From the NCBI GenBank assembly GCA_022646745.1, contig CP060262.1, positions 300,001 through 332,000 on the forward strand: 32,000 nucleotides of DNA, written 5' to 3'. Source of the DNA: Planctomycetales bacterium (lineage in GTDB: Bacteria > 4484-113 > JAFGCY01). The position numbers were made by a program, and so were the translations under genes. Shown here in pieces: positions 15,123 to 23,657 of the stretch. The notes under the pieces were generated by a model. It made no database searches. It saw only the letters and a list, made by a program, of their open reading frames with translations, and was not told the origin of the DNA. How positions within the stretch are numbered: position 1 is the first letter of the stretch; each line of letters begins with the position of its first letter.

Positions 15123-16538
15123 GTGCTGTTCCCCAGCCTGCAGTTCGCCGGGTTCATGCTGCTGCTTCTGGCAATCCTCGCGCTGCTGCGCGGCCAGCCG
15201 GCGCGCAAGCTGCTTTTGCTCGTTGCCAGCTACCTGTTCTACATGGCCTGGAACCCGGCCTTCATCATCCTGATCATCTTCTCGAGCTTCGTCGACTGGT
15301 TCGTCGGCGCGGCGCTTGAGCATGAGGAGCGCAGGCAGCGGCGCATGGGCCTGCTGCTCGCGAGCCTCGTTGCCAACCTCGGGCTGCTGGCCTGGTTCAA
15401 GTACTCCGGCTTCCTGTCAGCGATGCTGCTCGGCTTTTCCCGCGAGCTGGGGCTTGGCTGGCACTGGCAGTGGCCGGAGATCACCCTGCCCGTCGGCATC
15501 TCGTTCTACACCTTCCAGACCCTGTCCTACTCGATCGACATCTACGCCCGGCGCATACGCCCGGCCCGCAGCCTGCTGGACTACGCGCTTTACGTGGCCT
15601 TCTTCCCGCAGCTGGTGGCCGGCCCGATCGTGCGCGCAAGCGAGTTCCTGCCGCAGCTCACGCAGGGCATCCGCCTGCGCCTGACACCGAAGGCCGTGTC
15701 CCTGATCAGTGGCGGGCTGGTGAAGAAGGTGGTGATCGCCGACAACCTGGCCCCCTATGTCGATGCCGTGTATGGCAACCCGGCATCATTCAGCGGCCCA
15801 GACATCCTGCTGGCCACGCTGTGCTTCAGCACGCAGATCTACTGCGACTTCTCCGGCTACTCCGACATGGCGATCGGGCTGGCCTCGATCTTTGGCCTGG
15901 AGCTGCCGCGCAACTTCAACTACCCATACTTCGCCCAGGGCGCATCCGACTACTGGCGCCGCTGGCACATCACCCTCTCGCGCTGGCTGCGGGACTACCT
16001 CTACATCCCGCTCGGCGGCAACCGCCACGGCACGACCCGAACCTACATCAACCTGATGCTGACCATGCTGCTCGGCGGCCTGTGGCACGGTGCCGGCTGG
16101 ACCTTCATCCTCTGGGGCGCCTGGCATGGCCTGCTGCTGGTGCTGCAGCGGCTCAATCCGCTGGAGAGGGCACTCAGCCGTCCGGCCTGGCGCCTGCCGG
16201 TCAAGCTCAGTAGCTGGCTGCTGTTCCAGGCCTGTGTGCTGTTCGGCTGGATGCTCTTCAGGGCCGCCGACTGGTACAGCCTGGGTGAACTTCTCGGTGG
16301 CCTGCAGCGCTTTGGCCATGGCTGGCAGCTGCAGCGGCTGGATAACGTGGAACTGTTCACCGTGATCTGTGTACTGCTGATCTTCTGGTGCAGCCACATG
16401 CTGATGTACCAGCGCCAGCGCCGTATCCGCCGGGAGCCCAGCTGGCGCTCCGCAATGGCCACCCTGGCCGCCAGTACGCTGTTGCTGGCACTGCTGTGGC
16501 CGGCTGATTCGGCACCTTTTATTTACTTCCAGTTCTAA
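15123..16538 (+). CDS. MBOAT family O-acyltransferase (AlgI/DltB/PatA-like)
   Basis: GTG start gives MLFPSLQFAGFMLLLL, a typical MBOAT N-terminus. Also present are GISFYTFQTLSYSIDIY, the FPQLVAGPI motif, and the catalytic-His region YWRRWHITLSRWLRDYLYIPLGGNR. The protein is multi-pass hydrophobic throughout. Confidence 0.92.
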   Translation: MLFPSLQFAGFMLLLLAILALLRGQPARKLLLLVASYLFYMAWNPAFIILIIFSSFVDWFVGAALEHEERRQRRMGLLLASLVANLGLLAWFKYSGFLSAMLLGFSRELGLGWHWQWPEITLPVGISFYTFQTLSYSIDIYARRIRPARSLLDYALYVAFFPQLVAGPIVRASEFLPQLTQGIRLRLTPKAVSLISGGLVKKVVIADNLAPYVDAVYGNPASFSGPDILLATLCFSTQIYCDFSGYSDMAIGLASIFGLELPRNFNYPYFAQGASDYWRRWHITLSRWLRDYLYIPLGGNRHGTTRTYINLMLTMLLGGLWHGAGWTFILWGAWHGLLLVLQRLNPLERALSRPAWRLPVKLSSWLLFQACVLFGWMLFRAADWYSLGELLGGLQRFGHGWQLQRLDNVELFTVICVLLIFWCSHMLMYQRQRRIRREPSWRSAMATLAASTLLLALLWPADSAPFIYFQF

Positions 16539-16614
16539 TTCTGTCGCATTTAACTCTCATTTAACCATTAATAAAGAAATTTTGCATGATTCACTTTCCT
16601 TTCCTCCACCAAGC

Positions 16615-16623
16615 TGATAGAAT
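16615..16623 (+). promoter_or_regulatory. Candidate extended -10 promoter (TGATAGAAT) for the small ORF
   Basis: TG-A-TAGAAT lies at 16615-16623 in an AT-rich intergenic pocket, about 60 nt upstream of ATG 16686. I could not pick a convincing -35. An 8-bp direct repeat CATTTAAC occurs at 16547-16554 and 16558-16565. Confidence 0.35.
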
Positions 16624-16685
16624 CTGGCGTATAAGCGCATCGGACGTTATGGGCCGATTGCTTTGGTTCAAGAGCGGAGAGAAAG

Positions 16686-16952
16686 ATGGCAGACAGCAAG
16701 AATGTCAATACTGGCAAGCTGGAATCCTCGATTACCAGTTTTCTCAGTGATGACTCTCGTATCCGTCAGATGTCCATGTCGATTGACCGCACGACGCAGA
16801 TGGTTGCGAACCTGCGGGAGCTCGACCGGGTATATGACGCGGAGATCACCATGGCGCATGGCCAGCGCAAGTATGCGCTGATGCATGAGAAGATGGTGAA
16901 GATGGAGCGCATTCGCAACGGCGAGCACGTTTCCTTCAACATCGGCCACTGA
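16686..16952 (+). CDS. Small (88 aa) hypothetical protein, predicted helical, no recognised family
   Basis: GGAGAG SD about 5 nt upstream of the ATG. Clean codon structure with many CGT/CGC, AAG and GAG codons. Visibly lower GC than its neighbours. Sequence MADSKNVNTGKLESSITSFLSDDSRIRQMSMSIDRTTQMVANLRELDRVYDAEITMAHGQRKYALMHEKMVKMERIRNGEHVSFNIGH. Confidence 0.65.
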   Translation: MADSKNVNTGKLESSITSFLSDDSRIRQMSMSIDRTTQMVANLRELDRVYDAEITMAHGQRKYALMHEKMVKMERIRNGEHVSFNIGH

Positions 16953-17031
16953 GAAAGTCTTCCCTGAAGCTGGCCGCACAAAGGCCAGGCAAGTTTGCGC
17001 ATCATTTACCCTGAAATCCAGGCGAGCCGCT

Positions 17032-18213
17032 TCACTCGTCGCCTGCCCCGTCCAGCTCCTTCATCCACTGCTCGGCCAGCTTGACCATGTCTTCCGGAAC
17101 GCTGTGCCCCCCGTCAAACTCCTGCCAGGTGACATCATGCCCGGCCTCAATCAGGGCATCGCGCAGGGCCTGTCCGCCGGCGAAATCCACCTGCGTATCC
17201 TTGCTGCCGTGCACGATGAACCAGCGCTGCTTGCCGGGGTGGTCACGCAACAGCCAATCCCCGATCAGGAAATCCCACAGCGAGCCGCCGAAGATGATCG
17301 CCCCGTCCACCTGCAGCGGGTTGGACAGCGCTTCGTAGACTGAGGTCATCGCCCCCTGGCTGAAGCCGAACAGGTAGACCGAGCTGATGTTGTGCGTGCG
17401 CTGCATCGTGCCGATCAGCTCATCGAGGTAGGCCTGGGTGTCCGCGAAGCTCTCCGGCGGCAGGCCACCGTTCATCGTCCAGCCGGCCCAGGAGTAGCCG
17501 ACGGCATCTCCGAGAGGGAAGGCGTAGGGTGCCTGTGGGCAGACCATGATGAAGTCGGCGTCAGCGAAACGCTCGCGGATCCCCATGAAGCTCTCGGCAT
17601 TGCTGCCGAAGCCGTGCAGCGCCACCAGCAGGCGGTAGGACTGTCGCGGGTCGTAGTCATCCGGGTATGTGACCCAGGCCGGCTGCCAGGTATGTGCCGG
17701 GATGAAGATCCGCTGCCCGGCTGCGGCCTGGCGCTTCTCGATCTGCTCCACCATCCCAGCCACTTCCCAACTGAACTGCGGGTCATCCCGCACCAGTGTG
17801 AAGTCCGGGTCATTCTGCAGGCCGTGCACGTCACTGAAGCCGTTGTCAACGCTGAGCTGCAGGTAGCGTGCCGCCAGCTCGGCCTTGCCCAGCAGTCCGT
17901 AGCAGCAGGCCAGGTTGTACTGGGTCGTGTTGTCGCCACTCCCCTGCTTCAGCGCGAGTATGTAGAAGGCCGCTGCGCGTTCGAAGTCACCTGAGGAATA
18001 GGCCTGGCCGGCCAGCCTGCCGTAGTCAGCCTGCTCACTGGACAATTCATCAGCCAGCGCGCTATCGTAGATGTCAACGGAAGCCAGTTCGGCGGAGTGA
18101 TCCGGCTCAGGAGAATCCTGCGCAGCTGCACTGATTCCGGCGCACAGAATGAAAATGGCAACAAGAACCACAACGCGGCTGGACAGCCCGGCATGGATGC
18201 TGGCAGGGAACAT
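17032..18213 (-). CDS. Secreted TPR-like + alpha/beta-hydrolase (phospholipase/carboxylesterase family) protein
   Basis: Signal peptide ending SAAA|QD. TPR-like helices (GDFERAAAFYILALKQ..., YNLACCYGLLGKAELAARYLQLSVDNG). Hydrolase core LVALHGFGSN, nucleophile elbow GFSQG, then HGSKDTQV and GGHSV for the acid/His positions. Confidence 0.85.
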   Translation of the reverse strand: MFPASIHAGLSSRVVVLVAIFILCAGISAAAQDSPEPDHSAELASVDIYDSALADELSSEQADYGRLAGQAYSSGDFERAAAFYILALKQGSGDNTTQYNLACCYGLLGKAELAARYLQLSVDNGFSDVHGLQNDPDFTLVRDDPQFSWEVAGMVEQIEKRQAAAGQRIFIPAHTWQPAWVTYPDDYDPRQSYRLLVALHGFGSNAESFMGIRERFADADFIMVCPQAPYAFPLGDAVGYSWAGWTMNGGLPPESFADTQAYLDELIGTMQRTHNISSVYLFGFSQGAMTSVYEALSNPLQVDGAIIFGGSLWDFLIGDWLLRDHPGKQRWFIVHGSKDTQVDFAGGQALRDALIEAGHDVTWQEFDGGHSVPEDMVKLAEQWMKELDGAGDE

Positions 18214-18289
18214 ATCGGCCTCCCGGTGGCGCAGTCACTGCGCCTGAGCACAGCATAGCCGCCGGGTGCGGCCGGGGCAATGCCCGCTG

Positions 18290-18502
18290 CTAGGTCAGCT
18301 GGGCGCTGCCGCTGCAAGCCTCGATCTTCATCGCCTTGAGGATCAGGGTCATCGGACAGAATCCCGTGAAACTGGACTGCAGCATGTTCACACCGACAAA
18401 GGCATCGAGGATCAGCCAGTAGGGGCTGACGTAGTACCCGAGAATCACACCCAGCAGTATCAGGCTGCCGGCTATGCGAAAGATAATCCGTTCACGACAC
18501 AT
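18290..18502 (-). CDS. DUF2892 (YgaP-like) small membrane protein
   Basis: 70 aa. RIIFRIAGSLILLGVILGYYVSPYWLILDAFVGVNMLQSSFTGFCPM fits the DUF2892 pattern (R...R..G......g....w.....fvG.nll.s...g.CP). Confidence 0.75.
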   Translation of the reverse strand: MCRERIIFRIAGSLILLGVILGYYVSPYWLILDAFVGVNMLQSSFTGFCPMTLILKAMKIEACSGSAQLT

Positions 18503-18554
18503 GTCGCACCTCTGTCAGTGGTCTCCCCACTCAATACCCACATTTACGATAATT

Positions 18555-18565
18555 GTTTCGGAAAC
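18555..18565. promoter_or_regulatory. Perfect 11-bp palindrome GTTTCGGAAAC flanked by ATAATT motifs, possible operator
   Basis: It lies in the 128-bp AT-rich divergent region between the DUF2892 gene and the RND adaptor gene: cgATAATT-GTTTCGGAAAC-ggAATAATTc. No regulator gene is adjacent. Confidence 0.3.
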
Positions 18566-18630
18566 GGAATAATTCATATCCTTATTAGACAACTTTCCCT
18601 GTTCAGGATTTCATGTCCTGGAGGCACGCA

Positions 18631-19920
18631 ATGAGCAACACTGGTATTTCGAAGTCCATGGTGGGACTGGCAACGCTGGCAACGGCGTCAATGCTGGTAG
18701 TCCTGCTCCTTTCATCCTGCAACAAGGCTGACAACGCAGCCGGCCATGCAGCCGTCCCCGAGGTGAAAGCCCAGACCAGCACGGTTGAGGCCGGCACTGT
18801 GCCCGGTTCGATCGAGCTGACGGGCACGGTCACCGGCCGCAGCAGCATCCCGCTGTCCAGCAAGCTGATGAGCGAGATCACGATGCTCACGGTGGAGGAG
18901 GGCGACCGTGTCAGCGCCGGTGAGGTGCTGGTGCGCCTCGATGACAGCGACATCCGTGCAATGCGCAGCGAGGCGGCGGCCTACCGCGCCGAGGCCCAGG
19001 CGGTGCTCAGCGAGGTCGAGGCGGTGAAGCAGCAGGCGACTGCCACCGTCAGCCAGTCCGAGGCCGCGATCGCCCAGGCGGAGGTCGCGCTGGAGGATGC
19101 GGAACGTGACCTCGGCCGCTTCAAGGCCCTCTATGAGAAGTCCGTCGTCTCCCGTTCCGAGCTGGACAAGGTGCAGCTCGGGGCTGATGTTGCCAGGCAG
19201 AACCTCAACCAGGCGCGTGCCGCGAAGGAACAGGCACTGGCGGCGGTGGCCCAGGCCGAAAGCCGCAACCCGCAGGTGGAGGCCCGCGAGCAGCAGGCCG
19301 GTGCCCGTGACCTGCAGGCCGCCTCGATGCAGGCCTACGCCACACTCAGCGCTCCCTTCGACGGCATCGTCAAGGCCAAGTACTTCGAGCAGGGCCAGCT
19401 CAGCGTGCCGGGCCAGCCGATCATCGTGATCGAGCAGAGTGCCAACATGCGTGTGAGCGTTGCCATCCCGGACCATGCGGCGATGAAGCTGGCAACCGGC
19501 GACCAGCTTCAGGTGGCGATCGACTCCGCGGACGGGCGTGAGCTGCGCAATGGGCGGATCGCCGTGCTGGCAGCCAGTGCCGACCCGGCCAGCCGCAGCG
19601 TGCTGGCGGAGGTCGAGCTGGATGACAGCAGCGGCCTGCTCAGCGGGCAGTTCGTCAGGGTGCTCGTGCCCTCCGGCGAGCGCAGCGTGATCCTCGCCCC
19701 CGAATCGGCGGTGCTGCAGGATGCAGAGCTGTACTACGTCTGGCGGGTGTCCGGCGGCGGCATGCTGACCCGCGCCACCGTCGAGCCGGGCCTGCGGATG
19801 GATGGCCAGCTGGAGATCCTGCGCGGGCTGAGCGCCGGTGACCGGATTGTCAGCGAGCCCACGCCGGGGCTGTTCGCCGGGGCCCGGGTAGCCGGCATGG
19901 CCGCTGCGGAGGGCCACTGA
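18631..19920 (+). CDS. Efflux RND periplasmic adaptor (MFP/HlyD-family) lipoprotein
   Basis: GGAGG (18620-18624) lies 6 nt before ATG 18631; the track start 18613 has no SD. Lipobox LLLSS|C. Barrel-sandwich and lipoyl-like segments flank a long Ala/Glu/Gln coiled-coil hairpin. The stop is 1 nt before the RND permease start. Confidence 0.9.
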   Translation: MSNTGISKSMVGLATLATASMLVVLLLSSCNKADNAAGHAAVPEVKAQTSTVEAGTVPGSIELTGTVTGRSSIPLSSKLMSEITMLTVEEGDRVSAGEVLVRLDDSDIRAMRSEAAAYRAEAQAVLSEVEAVKQQATATVSQSEAAIAQAEVALEDAERDLGRFKALYEKSVVSRSELDKVQLGADVARQNLNQARAAKEQALAAVAQAESRNPQVEAREQQAGARDLQAASMQAYATLSAPFDGIVKAKYFEQGQLSVPGQPIIVIEQSANMRVSVAIPDHAAMKLATGDQLQVAIDSADGRELRNGRIAVLAASADPASRSVLAEVELDDSSGLLSGQFVRVLVPSGERSVILAPESAVLQDAELYYVWRVSGGGMLTRATVEPGLRMDGQLEILRGLSAGDRIVSEPTPGLFAGARVAGMAAAEGH

Positions 19921-19921
19921 A

Positions 19922-22900
19922 ATGGACAAGCGGGAGCAGGATGGAGCCGCTAAACTCCCACAGCAGCAGATGGACCCGCTGGAGCCCAGTGCCAACCCGA
20001 AGCTGAACATCGGTGGCCTGATCGCCCAGACCTTCATTGACAACAAGACAACCTTCCTCGTGATGGTGGCCGCCTTCATATTCGGCCTGTTCGCACTGTT
20101 CGTCACCCCGCGTGAGGAAAACCCGCAGATCAGCGTGCCGGCCGTGAACGTGATCATCCCCTTCCCCGGCGCCTCGCCGCAGGAGATCGAGAACCTCGTG
20201 ACCTCGCCGATGGAACGCCGGATCTGGAACATCAAGGGCGTCGAGCACGTGTACTCGATCAGCTACCCCGACTTCGCCGTTGTCACCGCGCAGTTCCTCG
20301 TCGGCGAGGAGCAGGAGGACAGCGTCTTCAAGGTCTACAACCAGGTCTATTCCAACCTGGACAGCCTGCCCGCCGGCACACAGCAGCCGATCGTCAAGCC
20401 GGTTGACATCAACGACGTGCCGATCGTCGCGATCACGCTGTTCAGCGCCGAACACGATACACATGCGCTGCGCACGGCGGCGGAACACCTCGAGCAGGGC
20501 CTGCGCGAGGTGCCCGGCACCAGCTCCAGCGTGATAGTCGGCGGCGACGGCCGCCAGATCACGATCGAGATGGACCCTGTCCGCAGCGCCGCATTCGGCA
20601 TCGACCCGCAGATGGTTGCCAATGCGCTGCAGGGTGCCAACGTGCGCCTGCCAAGCGACCGCCTGGAGACCGGCGGCCAGCGCCTGATGGTGCGCAGCGG
20701 CCAGTTCCTGCGCAATGCCGAGGATGTCGGCAGCACGGTGCTGACGACGCGCGGCAGCGGTATCCCGGTCTACCTGCGTGATATCGCGAGTGTGACGGAC
20801 GGCCCGGCGGAGATCTCCAACGTCAGCCGGCTGAGCTTCGGTGCCGGCACCCAGCACGTCAGCGCGGAGGGCCATGGCCTGCGCGGCGGCTTCAGCGGGC
20901 AGGAGTTCGAGACCAGCGGCCGCAGCTTCAACGCAGTCACAGTTGCGGTTGCCAAGCAGAAGAGCACCAATGCCGTGAAGATTTCCGAGGCGGTGATCGA
21001 GCGCATGGACGAGCTCGGGCCGCTGGTGCTGCCCGACCAGACCGGCTGGCTGATCACGCGTGACGACGGCGAGGGCGCCAATCACGCCGTCAACGAGCTG
21101 ATCACGCACCTGACCTGGGCGATCGTGATCGTGCTTGGCCTGCTGCTATTGGCACTCGGCTGGCGCGATGCCGCGGTGGTCGCGTTGGCGATCCCGCTCA
21201 CTTTGCTGGTCACGCTCGGCATCGGCTTCCTCGCCGGCCAGACCATCAACCGCATCACCCTGTTCGCGCTGATCCTCAGCCTCGGTCTGCTGGTTGACGA
21301 CGCGATCGTGGTGGTGGAGAACATCCACCGCCACCTGAAGATGAAGGCCGCCTGCGAGGGCAAGCTGCGCACCTGCGTGCTGGCCGTCAACGAAATCAGC
21401 AGCCCGACGATCTACGCCACATTCACGGTGGTGCTGTCAATGATCCCGATGGCCTTCGTGACCGGCATGATGGGGCCATACATGGCGCCGATCCCCTTCA
21501 ACGTGCCGGTGGCGATGATCGTCAGCCTGATCGTGGCTTTCAAGGTCACCCCCTACCTGGCGGTGCGCTGGCTGAAGGCCGACCACCATGCAAATGATAA
21601 TGGCAACGGGAAGGAAGGGAATGGCAAGGATGCCGCGAAGGGCACTTACAGTTCAACAGAAACATCCGCACCGGCGACCGACCTGACGCATGGCGCCGAC
21701 CCGAAGCTGCTGGCCTTCTACCGCCGGATGCTCGGCCCGCTGATTGACAGCAAGCCCCGCCGCGCGGTGCTGTTCACTGTACTGGTGATCGCGCTGCTCA
21801 TCAGCTTCACCTTCCCGCTGCTGCAGTGGGTCAAGTTCCGCATGCTGCCCAAGGCCAACAAGAACACCTTCCTGGTGACGGTGGACATGCCCGCCGGCAG
21901 CAGCCTGAATGCCACTGACAGCCTGGTGCGCGACATCGAGGAACGCCTGCTCATGCATCCCGAGGTCAGCTCACTGGTGACAACCGTCGGCACCGGCAGC
22001 GTGATCGACTTCAACGGCCTGCTGCGCGGCACTTCGTTCCGCAATGATGCGGCCCAGGCTGACATTCGTGTCAACCTGACACCGAAGGAGGAGCGCAGCA
22101 TCGCCAGCGAACGGATCGTGCTGGACATCCGCCCCGAGCTGGCCGCACTGGCCGGCGAGAAACAGGCGATCCTCAAGCTGGTGGAGGACCCGCCGGGCCC
22201 GCCGGTGCGTGCCACCGTGCTGGCCGAGATCTACGGCCCCTACGGCGAGGGCCAGCGTGATGCTGTTGCCAGTGTGCGAGAGTTGTTTGCCTCCACTGAC
22301 GCCGTTGTCGACATTGACGACTCCGTCAGTACGGCGGCCCGCGAACTGCGCATAGAGGTGGACCGTGAGCGTGCCGAGCGCAGCGGCCTGCGCAGCGCCG
22401 ACGTTGCCACCGCGCTGTATGCGGCGCTGGCCGGCTATGAGATCACCGCGCTGCATGACCCGGCCGGGATGGTGCAGACCCCGGTGGTGCTGCGCTTCCC
22501 GCAGCAGTTCCGCAGCCAGCTGGCGGACCTCGACAGCGTGGTGCTGCCCTCGCCCGCCGGCAACATCCCATTGTCATCCATTACACGTATGCGTGAGACC
22601 GAGGCACTGCGCCCGATCCACCACAAGGACCTGCGCCAGGTGAGCTACGTCTATGGCGAGATGGCCGGGCGCTCCAGCGTCTACGCGATCTTCGACATGA
22701 TGGCGAAGCTGAAGGAGGCCCCGTTGCCACCGGCCTATGAGCTGGTGTGGGAGGGCGAGTGGGACCTGACGCTCAAGGTGTTCCGCGACCTTGGCCTGGC
22801 AATGGGCGTGGCAATCATCCTGATCTACCTCTTGATGGTCGGCCGCTTCCACAGCTTCAGCGACCCGCTGGTGATCCTCGGCGCGGTGCCGCTGACGATG

Positions 22901-23278
22901 CTTGGCGTGCTGCCCGGCTTCGCCCTGCTTGGCAACTTCGACATCTACTTCTCAGCGACGGGCATGATCGGAGTAATCGCACTGGCCGGCATCGTGGTGC
23001 GCAACTCGATCATCCTGATTGAGTTCATCCAGGATGCGCTCAATGAAGGCGTGCCGCTGCGTGAGGCGGTGATCCTCGCCGGGGCGATCCGTACGCGCCC
23101 GATCGTGCTGACCGCGCTGGCGGCGATCGCCGGCATGCTGGTGGTGGTTGCGGACCCGGTCTGGAGCGGCCTGAGCTGGGCGCTACTGTTCGGCATTCTC
23201 GCCAGCACCACGCTCTCACTGCTGGTGATCCCGCTGCTGTACTACATTGCCAAGGAGAAGACCGGAGGTCAGGCGTAA
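19922..23278 (+). CDS. Efflux RND permease (AcrB/AcrD/AcrF superfamily, not HME type)
   Basis: 1118 aa with typical RND layout: TM1, a large periplasmic loop (PREENPQISVPAVNVIIPFPGASPQEIENLVTSPMER), a TM bundle with LGLLVDDAIVVVENI, a duplicated second half and GIVVRNSIILIEF. An unusual Asn/Gly/Lys-rich insert (HHANDNGNGKEGNGKDAAKG...) sits in the central cytoplasmic linker. Confidence 0.93.
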   Translation: MDKREQDGAAKLPQQQMDPLEPSANPKLNIGGLIAQTFIDNKTTFLVMVAAFIFGLFALFVTPREENPQISVPAVNVIIPFPGASPQEIENLVTSPMERRIWNIKGVEHVYSISYPDFAVVTAQFLVGEEQEDSVFKVYNQVYSNLDSLPAGTQQPIVKPVDINDVPIVAITLFSAEHDTHALRTAAEHLEQGLREVPGTSSSVIVGGDGRQITIEMDPVRSAAFGIDPQMVANALQGANVRLPSDRLETGGQRLMVRSGQFLRNAEDVGSTVLTTRGSGIPVYLRDIASVTDGPAEISNVSRLSFGAGTQHVSAEGHGLRGGFSGQEFETSGRSFNAVTVAVAKQKSTNAVKISEAVIERMDELGPLVLPDQTGWLITRDDGEGANHAVNELITHLTWAIVIVLGLLLLALGWRDAAVVALAIPLTLLVTLGIGFLAGQTINRITLFALILSLGLLVDDAIVVVENIHRHLKMKAACEGKLRTCVLAVNEISSPTIYATFTVVLSMIPMAFVTGMMGPYMAPIPFNVPVAMIVSLIVAFKVTPYLAVRWLKADHHANDNGNGKEGNGKDAAKGTYSSTETSAPATDLTHGADPKLLAFYRRMLGPLIDSKPRRAVLFTVLVIALLISFTFPLLQWVKFRMLPKANKNTFLVTVDMPAGSSLNATDSLVRDIEERLLMHPEVSSLVTTVGTGSVIDFNGLLRGTSFRNDAAQADIRVNLTPKEERSIASERIVLDIRPELAALAGEKQAILKLVEDPPGPPVRATVLAEIYGPYGEGQRDAVASVRELFASTDAVVDIDDSVSTAARELRIEVDRERAERSGLRSADVATALYAALAGYEITALHDPAGMVQTPVVLRFPQQFRSQLADLDSVVLPSPAGNIPLSSITRMRETEALRPIHHKDLRQVSYVYGEMAGRSSVYAIFDMMAKLKEAPLPPAYELVWEGEWDLTLKVFRDLGLAMGVAIILIYLLMVGRFHSFSDPLVILGAVPLTMLGVLPGFALLGNFDIYFSATGMIGVIALAGIVVRNSIILIEFIQDALNEGVPLREAVILAGAIRTRPIVLTALAAIAGMLVVVADPVWSGLSWALLFGILASTTLSLLVIPLLYYIAKEKTGGQA

Positions 23279-23389
23279 GCTTGGCAAGGAGGTCCGGCGC
23301 AAGTCACACTACAAGCGCACGGAAGATTTAACCACGGAGCTCACAGAGTTTTAATCCGGGTGGATGGAATGGCGTTGAGCCGCATGCGA

Positions 23390-23542
23390 TCATTCCCGTT
23401 CGTTGTGGTAATTCGGGCTTGCAGGTTCCAGTAGCTCCAGTTCAGCCTTGATCACCGGCCACCACATCACTGTTAAGCCGATCACTCCAGTCACCAAACC
23501 AGCAATAATGATGATCCGGATTCTGTCTCTCTGACCATTCAT
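23390..23542 (-). CDS. Possible 50-aa single-TM micro-protein (below the ORF-track cutoff)
   Basis: The reverse strand reads GGGAGGG-acagcc-ATG, then MNGQRDRIRIIIIAGLVTGVIGLTVMWWPVIKAELELLEPASPNYHNERE and a stop (TGA at 23390-23392). It has a good SD and one clear hydrophobic helix. No homology evidence is possible here. Confidence 0.3.
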   Translation of the reverse strand: MNGQRDRIRIIIIAGLVTGVIGLTVMWWPVIKAELELLEPASPNYHNERE

Positions 23543-23657
23543 GGCTGTCCCTCCCACGAATCATTCTGGATAGTGAGAGTGGGATTTACAGGATGTTGTT
23601 CCCGGTCTTGCTGGGCAATGTACAAATCGCCAGCCGTATGCGAGTCTGGATCCGATC

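Noticed and set aside
16970-16988. The hairpin CTGGCC-gcacaaa-GGCCAG after the small ORF as a terminator.
   Set aside because: It has only a 6-bp stem and a weak GTTTG tail, which is too marginal to call.
16668-17005. Minus-strand ORFs (16668-16979, 16766-17005) overlapping the 88-aa small ORF.
   Set aside because: They have no SD and odd composition. The plus-strand ORF has an SD, a candidate promoter and cleaner codon structure.
23545-23600. A Fur box upstream of the Fes-like esterase (GAATCATTCTGGATAGTGA region).
   Set aside because: Only a half-site-like AATCATT/AATGATT matches. By-eye alignment to the 19-bp Fur consensus gives about 6-7 of 19 positions, which is not convincing.
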